DNA of 64,000 nucleotides, taken from contig NW_002060946.1 of NCBI RefSeq assembly GCF_000150275.1, forward strand, positions 1,450,202-1,514,201. The letters are read 5' to 3'. Below, one piece after another: positions 53,330-64,000 of the stretch; position 1 is the first letter of the stretch; the number at the start of each line of letters is the position of its first letter. The DNA is from Trichoplax adhaerens. Its lineage: Eukaryota > Animalia > Placozoa. A model generated the notes under the pieces. The model was not told the DNA's origin. It saw only the letters and a program-made list of their open reading frames with translations, and ran no database searches. Both the position numbers and the translations under genes were made by a program.

Positions 53330-56300
53330 TCATGTTATAGCGTAGGCATACCTGCTAGTTCGTGAAATCGATCTTATAGTTAAGACTTGATCATCAAGAT
53401 ACTTGTTAACTTCTTGCAATTTTTGAGATAGCTGGTAACGATACTATAATAATTAATAAAATAAATACTTGTAAGCGAAATATCTCTCGACGATTAGTCA
53501 AAGCATTTCTTGTCTTTACATAGGAAAATTGTGAAACACGTTGTAGCGTTCTCCGTTAGTAAAAAAGGGATAACATTTAGCAAGAAACATCTATATCATA
53601 CATTTATGGAGATTTACTGTTGCAAAGTTTAACATTTAGCGAATTATAAAGATGATATACCGTATATTCATCTATTCAACTGGAATTAATAGTTATCTCT
53701 TTCATTATCCATTTAAACTAAATACTATTACAATATTTGCAAATATACTAACTAAACAGAATTTATATCTTACCTTAGTCTCGACATTCTTCTTTAATTT
53801 ATCAAATTCTTTTTTCTCAATATACTGATGTTTCATGGATTCCTGTGTAGATTAAATTTCAGTCAATTATCAGTTACCTTGGTATGCTAATATCTAGCAC
53901 ATTAATTTTTCTAGCCTTAATACCTGTAGATTAAGTAACTGATCTTCTAAACCTTTCTTTGCATTCTGAATTTTTTCAACGTCCTAAAAGCATAGCTTTT
54001 TAACATCTAACTTGAAAATAATTTTAATACAAAGCTACTTACATGAGTTTGTTTCTTCAAGGAGTTATTTTCTAAAGAGATAGAAGTTGTTATATGAGCG
54101 ACTTAAGCATTAATTTCGCATTTAATGAAAGCAGCAGACGATAATATAACTTCTTACCTTCATTTAAGAGATTACATCTCATTTCTAATTTGGCTTTTTC
54201 GTCTACCTCTTGGGCGAAAATAACGCTTGCTTGTTCGATCTTGAATAAAGATTTAAAATCATTAGCTGAATTAGATTCTGCTCTGAGTTACGGAGTTAGT
54301 ATTTCAACCTATGGTAACTATTTTCCATCAGTTTTACACAAGGTACAAAATATCACTCAGAAAACCTTTTTCAACTAGCAGATTTGTCCTAGAATGCTGA
54401 ATCTAACTCATTAATATCCATTTGACACACGAACATGGAATTAATACGAATACGCTGAAGAATTCTCTCTCGCTAGCAGATTCTGTTCTAAATAACAGTT
54501 ACAGTATAAATATTTCTCTTCAGCGCTACTCACAAGATAAGGACAGATTACCAATATATTTATTAAAAAGAGTTCCTTAGCGGACAAATTCTCTCTGCAA
54601 TTACAATTGAACAATTTCTACTTCACTGTACGTGAAGTAAGGAGTCGTTCAAGCTATATTAGCTAGGAAAAAGTCCATAGCTAATGGTCTATCAAGCTTT
54701 CATCCAAATTGATGAGATATTGTAGAATAGAGCTGTGATTGTCAATTTTATCTGCAAGATTTACCTGGTGTTTCATATCACTGATTGATGTTTGCATGGA
54801 ATTTCTTTCACGATTATATTCATCTTGAAGGGATGGAATAGCATCGACAGTCTCTTGCAGTTTCTATAATGTGAAACATTTATTACTATAGTTAGCGATT
54901 ATTATGATCAGTTTGCTCCAGCTTAAGATTCAAAAAAACCATGAGAAAATACTATTTTCGGTTACCGCTTATTTTTAAACTGATTACCGGAATGAGTAGA
55001 CTTACTTTCAATTTACTTTTGGCATTTTTATATTTTCGTGACATAGCATCCAATTTATTTTCCAATTCCTTACTCCTGAAGAATGTAACGAATCATGCTT
55101 ATTAAAATTTTACATTAAGTAGATATAAAGGATATTGTAAAGCCTTGTTGTCAGAAGCATAATGCAACTAGAGCCAAGCTTGAGAATTAATTTATGCAGT
55201 GAAATGCTTATCCAGGGCTAAAATCTATGACACTTAATATTATACGACTATATTTGAATGCGTTGTTCTATCGGAAAGGTATGTAATATCATCGTCAGAA
55301 TAATATCGTTCTGCATTACTGCTATACATACAATTGAAGAAGCTACTGGTCAATAATCACGAGAAGACGAAAATATCCTTTATGTGCAGAATTGGAGCGT
55401 AAATTATATCTACTAATGCATACTTGTATTTCCATTCTTCGGCAATTTGATCAGAATTACTCTTCATAGCATAAGCTCTTTCGGCATTGATAATTTCCTA
55501 TAGATTTAAAATTGAAAATAACTGATATAACGAGAATTTCTTTAAAGTAAAAGAATAATTTGAACTATTGTGACAGAGATTTAGGAACGAAAATAGATGC
55601 TGAGCATGGATAGATTTCTCTTATTATTATTCCAAATTATTCAACTAAAACTGTTAAAAGTGTTATTTTTGTGTTATAAAAATCTTCTATAGGTAAATAG
55701 ATATATTAACTAACACGATTAGTGCGACAGTATCAATACGGAGAAATTCGCCCACAAATCATTCGGCTCTAAGTATTAAAATCTACTAAGCGCTAAATAA
55801 ATTAATACTGTCAACTAGCCCAGCGGAAGATCGATAGTGTAATAACAGATTAATTCCAGCACGGTTCCTAAGCACTTGACTATGAGTATCGTAATCTTCT
55901 CTAGATATATTAATACTGTAGTTTCAGCCAGTATAAAGGGGAGAAGCATAGACTAATTTTGGCACCATTTTCCAATCATTCGGTTAAAATTATCAAAATA
56001 ATAACAGGAAAACGTTCCCTTTAGAATAGAATTCTTACCTCTCGAAAGCGCCTATCAATCCCTGAATCACCTTTTTTCTTCTCTAGCTTCGACAGCTATG
56101 TTAAAGAATTCAATTTTTCATATATTTAAACATTTTTTATCTATCTTGCCTATGAGAAGATTTTTTAAAACATAATTCATAATTGATAGATGACAAGTAC
56201 TGTTAGACCAGCTACTCTAATACTTATTAATACCTTATGCCCTAGTTTTGATTTTGATTTTATTTCTGATTCCCACAACAAGCGTGATTCTTCAGCATCT

Positions 56301-59300
56301 TCTTGCAAGGATGCATTCAAAGATGATACTTCCTATCATATGTGGATATTTCAAAACATCGTTAAACATGAATGTAAATCTTACTTTAATAATACTGTAT
56401 AGCCTGCAAGTTTCTGTATCATACCTGATATTTTTTTTCCAGTTCTGAATGAGATTTATTAGTTTCACTCAATCTAGACCAAAGTTCATCTTTTTCCTGC
56501 AATTGCAGAAATTAATTTAAAATTATTCTAATCCATCATTTAGTATTAAGCCATCTTAAATGCCAACGAAAAAATTTTCCTGTAAACATGGAATAATTTT
56601 AATTGCCTGCCTTATGAGATGATGCTAGACTTTCTTGCATAATTTTATTTCTGGATTGTTCACTTCGTAAAATGGCTCTGCATTCAACTAATTCGGCATC
56701 GGTTTTAGCAAGATCCATCCTTATTTTTTCCTTTAAATATTAATATTTATTAGACCATTAAGCATTTGAAACATCCTGAGAAAGAGCTTTCAAGCTGATT
56801 TGACCAGGGATTACTGAATAAAATTTATAATTACCATCGCATTATGTGTATCATTTAATATAGAATTTTTCTCATCAGCTCTTCGAGTATATTCCTCAAC
56901 AGTAGATTCTTTAGCCATAAGATCAGCTTTTAATCTTAATATCTCACTCTCTCCTAACTGTTTATGAGCTAAGGATTCGCTAAGCTGAAATATAAATCAA
57001 ATGAAAGATAGGAGATAAAATTTATTTTTAAATTGCAGCATTACGTCTTGAAAACTTTACACCTAAAATTATATTATAAGTTGAAACTTACTTGTCGCTT
57101 CGTTTCGTCCAAATCTTTCTTTATTTCGTTGTATTTAGTTTCTAAGTTGCCTTGATCCTAATTCCATATGAAAAATACCGTATTTGAAAGAGCTCTAGCT
57201 AACATACAACTGTATACTGTTAAATGATGATGTGACGACAAAACTTACTACTGACGACATTTCCAAGGCTCTATCAGCAACGGCTTTTAATCGATTTGCT
57301 TCATCGAGTTGCTATGTTTAAAAAGAAAATATGGTTATTATATTAGTATTGAGTAGGAAATGTAATTCATCTCCTTAAAATATTCCAGGTATTTCAGAAC
57401 AAGCAATTATTGGAAGGTAATATTAAGTTATCAACCTCTTTCAGTGAAGTCAATTCCTCTTCATATCGTTTCGATGAGAGTTTAGATTTCACCGCTTCAT
57501 CGCGTGTTCGCTGTAATACAGTTTGTAGATCTTTTTGCTCAGAGTCTAACTTGGTTTTTTCCTGTAAAAGGTATGTTTAATATGTAAACTCTCAGTACAA
57601 ATAGGTGATCATAAATAAGTTTATATTAGGCACTTTTAAACTTCAAAATTTATAGGCATATCTTTTGAAATTTTACTTCAAGATTAACGTATATGACCCA
57701 AAATTATTGTGGTAAATTCGGCAATTGTTCATCAATAGTCAAGGGTAAAAACAATTTTAAAGCACTTTACCTCATTATAATCACGTCGTATTTGATGGAC
57801 AGAAGCATTAAGCTGATCCTACAGTTAAAAATTAATTAAGGGTCAAGATTATTCCTTAAATAGCTTTAAACCGAGAAATTTCATGCAATCTATCAAATTA
57901 ATTGATATTGAGATTATTCCTTAGATGGGCTTTAAACTGAGCAAATTATGCATTCTATCAAAGTCAATGCTATTACCTGAACTTTCCTACTATAATCTTC
58001 CTTTTCGTTGAGAGAATCTGTTAATTCTTCAACTCTTCTTCTAAGGAATGCAACTTCACCGGCTTGACCTGAATATCTGGAGACATTAGTTACAAGGTCT
58101 TGCATCAATATCTAACTTGTAAATTTGTCAAAACTATAGAATGGATAACTTTCAACAACCACTCATGTAAATGCTAAAACTACGAATTAGAATAGCGGTA
58201 TTATTACATCGGTGAGACATCTATAGAAGTTACATCTATATTTCATAGCATATTTTTGCTAAGAATGTAATAGAGCAATAGATTCAACAATCATTCATGT
58301 AAATATTAAAAACTAGAAAAAAATTCCCAGTTGACGAAAAAGTTGCAACAAAAGACAAATTACTTTTCCTCTAAGCCAGAAAGTTGAGCTCGTAGTCTTG
58401 TATTATGATCCTACGACAATAAGACAATATTAGCAAATTAGGCAAATGAAGAATGAAATTGTTGACTGGCAATCTAGCAAGAAATGATAAATATAATATC
58501 AGTATGATTCTACCTTTTCCTCTCTTAACGCATCGCTCATGGCACCTAAAGCATTACGCTGCTGAATAAACTCTTGCTGAGACATTTCAACATCATCAGA
58601 ATGCTTAGCGATGAGCTGATTAGCATTATTAACCTCATTTTCCAAGGTAGCAATTTTGTTTTCAGTAATTCCAAGCTGCAGTGTTAGAGACTTGAGAATC
58701 ATAATAAAGAGATTAGGGTTAAAAACAGCTGAGAAAAGCATTATAATTATGGATAAATTATTTAAGAGCCGTTGCCTAATTAATATCATTTTATGTTATT
58801 TATGTCGCAGCAATATGCTTCCTATGATACATACTACTTTGCTTATTAACTTAATCTTACTTGCGCTTTCTCCTGTAGCATTCGATTTTCACGAATTAAT
58901 TTGCTTTCTTTCTCCTCCCATTCTTTCCGATCCTTATTTCTAGTTCTAAAAATTGTAATAAAGAAGTTAGTATTATAATACTTGTAACCCAGAGAATTCA
59001 GCTGTATTTTTAAAGGTTAAGCAAAAGATTTAGGTAGAATCGCAATCGGCTCACTTTTCCGTATCAGCAGTATTTTGATAGATTCTCTCTAATTCTTTAT
59101 TAGCGTTGACCAGTTGTAACTTTATAGCCGTATTCTGTACACCCAAAAACATCCATATAACTTAATAATCTAAATTTTTTATTATTAATCTAGAAATTGT
59201 ACATCAACAAATGCTAAAAATATGATGCCATTCATATTGTTAATCTATACACATTTAAAAATACGATACCTCTGCTTCCATCTGGTGCCTTTTAGCTACT

Positions 59301-62300
59301 TCTTCGTCATAGCCTGTACCCCGTAAAGAGACTTCCGCCTTTATATTGGTTAATTCTGTTTCAAACTGTTTCCTTGCAGTAATTAAAGCTTGCTCTGTTG
59401 CAGCCTAACTCATAGAATAACTTGCAGTTAAACACCCGAAGGTAGACTGTAGTAATATTAAAGGAGATAACTGACGTTTGTTTCTTCACGGTGTTTCAAT
59501 CTCATGCGAAGATCTTCAATATCAGCCATATATTTAATTCTTGTATCTTCGATGATTGTTTGCTTGTTTGCAAGCTCCAGCTACAACGTAACACAGTAAA
59601 TTCAATAAATTCTTAATAGGCTATAGTACTTTATATCCAAAATTGGATTGCAGCTGTAAATAATACACTATAAAAGATATGGCAAACAAGTTATACCTTG
59701 TGTTGCATAGTTTCCAATTTCAATTCCTCTACGCGATCATCAACTTGTTTAACATTATCTTGCTTAGACTAAAAAATATGAATGAAAGTTGCGTTCATAT
59801 CTCGTCTCCTACTATAGGTTTATAACAACTAGAATTAATTTCACCACTAAAATTTTTAGTATTATCTCAATAACATGCTGTGGTATCGCCATATTTTAGA
59901 GGTGCGCTTACAATAATGTACAGTAAGCACTACGTTAGAATTATAATCGACTACCGGTAATGATGATCTTATTCATGATTGAAAAATAAGAATTAGTATT
60001 TCATGAAATTAAAATGCCGTAATAACCCTCTTGGTTTAAGTAGCAATCGAATTGGAATTAATAAGAAATATTCCAATTCTAACACCCTTGATATCCAACA
60101 TACCGTATTTTCAGCTACGCTACGATAGTTCTATCAAAGAAAAAAAGAAAATTTTACTGCTGTTAGTTCACGAAAATTATTAATAACGACCTTATTTTGA
60201 CGCATAACAGAATGAAGCCAACTAAAACTGTTTAGAAACTTACATCTTTTAACTCTCCTAATAATTTTAAGGTATCTTTATTACTACTTTCTAAACTCTT
60301 GTATGATGACTTCATTTCCGCTAGCTGCAACGATATATTCTCATTTTCTCGCTTCTTCTCTTGTAGCGTATTACTCAATACATCTAATTCATGTTGCAAT
60401 TGTTGCTGGCTTAGCTTTGCGGCATTGCTCTGGCGAATTTCACTGGAATAGAAACAAAAATCACCATTCTATCAATATCATTTATACTTCCTCAGATTGC
60501 ATAAACTGATAGTTCATCAAATTTTTACTTAAGGTACTTTTATTGTGCAGATACATATTTCATGCAATCTTATTGGCAGAAATCGTAATATATTAGACCT
60601 TTTTAAGCTGTTTATTTAAAAATTATCTAATTATGCTATAGTACTTACAGTGCCAATTTATCTTCATATTTTCGTAATTGCTCCTTCAACTGACCTACAG
60701 TCATATCTGACGATCTCCTACCTTGAATTTCATCGTCTAATTTATTTCTATACAAGAAAGCGTTAGATTTACTATTGATAATTAAGATGCCCAAATTATA
60801 TAAAAATCAGAAATTACCATGATTAGGAGAATAATCTATCACAGACAGAAATTAAGATAACGACTAAAATTTAAATTCAACTTGTCACATTATTAAATCT
60901 TATCAACTGAATTATGGAGATTCATCGTAATCATAAACATGATTAACTGTAAGCAGGAATAAAGATTCCCAATTCATTAATCTAATCCTAAATTCATGCA
61001 TAAAAATCAATGCCTGTAGTTGTACTAAATATATCATACTTACTGGGCATTGCGATGTTTATGCTCCAGATCTAATTTGGTACTTGTTACATCCGAAAGA
61101 TCTCTATTTAATTCGTTATTTTTCCTTTTTAAATCAGCGGTTTCATCTTCTAATTTATTAACGTAAGCTGATAAGCTGATGTTGGATTGTTTTTCTTTGC
61201 TTAATTGAAGTTTCAGTTCCCGATTATCTTCTTGCATCCGAGCTAATCGTTGTGCTTCTATTGACATGATTACAAGAATAATTATAATCGATTTTAAATA
61301 TAGGATTTCAAGGTATAATCCAGCACTAGTCTGAGTAATCTATCTTTAGAATAGACAATCCAAATCTAAATTGCCTACTATGCACTCGTATGATCCTATT
61401 TGCAGGTAATCATTAATTCTTTCATTTTATAAAGCAACAGTTTTTATACGAAAATACTTCTCTCAGTCAATATTGCCATAGGTGACGTTCTCATACACAA
61501 CAATTTTATCCGAACTATTAAAATGAAAGACTTACTATAATATTTTACTATCAATTAAGCACTGGACTATTAGTTTATCGCTGCAATACTAAGACATAAT
61601 TAGTTTAACAAATTAAAGAAATAATCTCAATTCCTACAAATGATTTTACGGTATGTCTATAATCTTCTACTATGCACAAAATCGTTTTTATTATCTACAT
61701 TATTTAAAATATCTGATTCCCAGTAGATCGAAACTACACTGACTAACTAGGGCCTAGTCAGAAATCACTGAAACTCCAAACTATTGCTAATATTTGCAGA
61801 CTATATTTACCTAATAGCTGCGAATTAGTAGAATGATATGGCGCATTTCGAGATGGACTTAAGCTTCGCATCTATAAAATTCAGTAAACACGACATTAAT
61901 GTACTAATATGAATAAGTAGAAGATGTTATCATGTATTTTAATTTATTATTTTATAGTCAATGGATCTATCCATGACTTAAATTTACCCCATTCATTGGA
62001 GGATATGGAGATCCATGAATATCATAAGGTGAGGACGCCCTTAAATCGATTGCTGATGATGGTCGTAATGGTGAATCAGTACCTCCTCCAGCGGCACTAG
62101 AACGACCACCTGCATATCCATCATAACCTAGAGGATCATGTGAATGAGCCATTCGAGCAGAATAATCTGCTTGAATCTCTTGCCTTTTCCTATGGATGCG
62201 ATACGAGCGATCTTCATCATCCGCCACAGAAGCATAATTATTGCGCGGTGATGGCGATCGATCATAACGATCTAAAGAGCGATCTCGTCGACGGTAATAA

Positions 62301-63752
62301 CCATCATCATCATCTCGTCGCCTTGATCTATAGCGATAGTAATCGTCATCAAGATCATGATCGCGAGAACGATGACGACGATGATAGCCTTCATCATCAT
62401 AATGTTGCAGGGAATGATTGCTATCCCGACTTATTGAACGATCATCATCTGATATACGACGTGTCCTTTCATGGCTATGCCGTGATATATCGTCATCTCC
62501 ACGATCATCACTTTTTGTGCGGTCTGATAAGTTGCTCGTTCTTCGACGGCTACTGGGCCGATCATCAGTATCATCAATTTCTACTCCATCTTCTGTTCGT
62601 TCACGCAATCGACGACTACCTCGTCGTTCAGGTTTTTGCTCTTTGGTAACTTGATTTCGACGCTTTCCGCGTGGGCTTCCATCTTCATGATGTTTAGCTA
62701 ACAATTCACTTGCTGCTTCCACTTTCTGCCGTTGTTCTATAAATTTCATCAAGATAGCAAATTAAAACAACTGAACTCCTTGGATAGCAAAGCAGTTATT
62801 ACCGTGAAAAGGATTAATTCATGTTATAATAATGAGAACTTTAATCGGGATAGCAAACTAAAACGGCTGAGCTCCTTCGACAGCAAGCAATTACTGCTGT
62901 CTCTATGATTAACCCAAATTATAAGAACATCCGTGAAGGAGACAACNNNNNNNNNNNNNNNNNNNNNNNNNNNNNNNNNNNNNNNNNNNNNNNNNNNNNN
63001 NNNNNNNNNNNNNNNNNNNNNNNNNNNNNNNNNNNNNNNNNNNNNNNNNNNNNNNNNNNNNNNNNNNNNNNNNNNNNNNNNNNNNNNNNNNNNNNNNNNN
63101 NNNNNNNNNNNNNNNNNNNNNNNNNNNNNNNNNNNNNNNNNNNNNNNNNNNNNNNNNNNNNNNNNNNNNNNNNNNNNNNNNNNNNNNNNNNNNNNNNNNN
63201 NNNNNNNNNNNNNNNNNNNNNNNNNNNNNNNNNNNNNNNNNNNNNNNNNNNNNNNNNNNNNNNNNNNNNNNNNNNNNNNNNNNNNNNNNNNNNNNNNTAT
63301 CTTTATCAATACTTAAACTTCTCTCATTCGCTTCCACACTGGACTTTTGTGATTTTTATCATCAGCGGCTGATTCAGGTTTTTCCTCCTCTTCATTGATA
63401 TTTGAGCTATCTGCCTTTGAGTCTTTCACTTTTTTGCTCTCTGATTTTCGTGGTGGGATTTGCGGCGGTACTTTACCATGTTTATTAGGGGAATCTTTAT
63501 TAGCACTAGACTCTTTATTGACTTTATTTTTGGAAGTAGGGGATTCATTAGCCTTTTTTATATCATTATCATCCTTACTAGTTTCTGGTGTAGGAGCAAT
63601 GGTAACTTTTTTTAAGGGTTTTTTACTCTTATCACCAGCATCTTCTTGATTGGGAACTGCTGCAAAACTTTTTAATTTATCCTTTCCTATATTACTATCA
63701 GCTATATCAGGCTCATTATCGCTATCCAATTTTCTTTCCCAAGGTAAAGAAG
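53330..63752 (-). CDS. ANKRD26-like coiled-coil protein (CCDC144C-like coiled coil plus DUF3496-like end), 5' part outside the window
   Basis: More than 20 small coiled-coil exons. ATEQALITARKQFETELTNIKAE..EVAKRHQMEAE, LGITENKIATLENEV and EFDKLKKNVETK/LSQKLQEVNKYLDDQ resemble ANKRD26 (LNEETLT..KERLEAE; LSKAESK..LEIE; EKLKEVNLFLQAQ, from memory). Ankyrin repeats are not in the window and the stop position is tentative. Confidence 0.65.
57846..57962. repeat. Intronic tandem duplication, period 65 bp
   Basis: agattattcctta..gctttaaac..atgca.tctatcaaa starts at 57846 and 57911. Confidence 0.8.
62947..63297. other. Assembly gap (351 N) between two exons of the ANKRD26-like gene
   Basis: Run of N. 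Confidence 1.
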
Positions 63753-64000
63753 CTATTTATGAGTAAGGCACAGACTTAGTACGACCATCGATCGAATTTT
63801 AAATTATATATTACCGGTATAAGTACTCTCAAATTAAAAAAAGGAATGATTGTCTCATATAATATAAAAAAGATCTTTTCTATTTAATGTAAATTAGGTT
63901 TAAATAAATTGATCTACTTAGGAATTTCTGATTATTTGCAAAGAACAACAATACAATCTATTTTTGTTAATCTAATTATTAGTAGGCTTATTAATCAAGA

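Noticed and set aside
62824-63372. Four ORFs of more than 120 aa in the ORF track
   Set aside because: Artefacts of translating through the N gap.
62140-63649. Plus-strand His-rich and Ser/Leu-rich ORFs
   Set aside because: Antisense shadows of low-complexity minus-strand exons.
53330-63752. CEP83 or CEP89 as the identity of the coiled-coil gene
   Set aside because: The C-terminal KLQEVNKYL motif and upstream segments fit ANKRD26/DUF3496 better.

Overview
AT-rich eukaryotic DNA with compact, intron-rich animal-type genes. The style suggests an early-branching metazoan such as a placozoan (inference only). Ten spliced protein-coding genes were reconstructed by hand: PIGN (+, 5' end not located), CDK1 (-), an ARMC10-like TM+armadillo gene (+), a short L51/S25/CI-B8-family gene resembling mL61/Mrp49 (-) head-to-head with a full MRPS25 (+), RBSN/rabenosyn-5 (-), FBXL13/DRC6 (+), CDC123 (-), VEZT (+) and an ANKRD26-like coiled-coil gene (-, 5' end outside the window, with an assembly gap in an intron). 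About 10 kb between CDK1 and the ARMC10-like gene has no recognisable gene but holds four unrelated tandem duplications, a CCAAT+CHR promoter for CDK1 and exon-like relics. The most striking observation is the divergent paralogue pair of mS25 and an mS25/mL61-like gene with identical intron positions, a possible snapshot of how animal mS25 arose. Also seen: two U12-type introns, three GC-AG introns, an RFX X-box before FBXL13, Sfi1-like repeats in FBXL13 and gene neighbourhoods resembling human ones. No tRNA, rRNA, CRISPR array or intact transposon was recognised. Exon boundaries were read by eye and may be off by a few bases.
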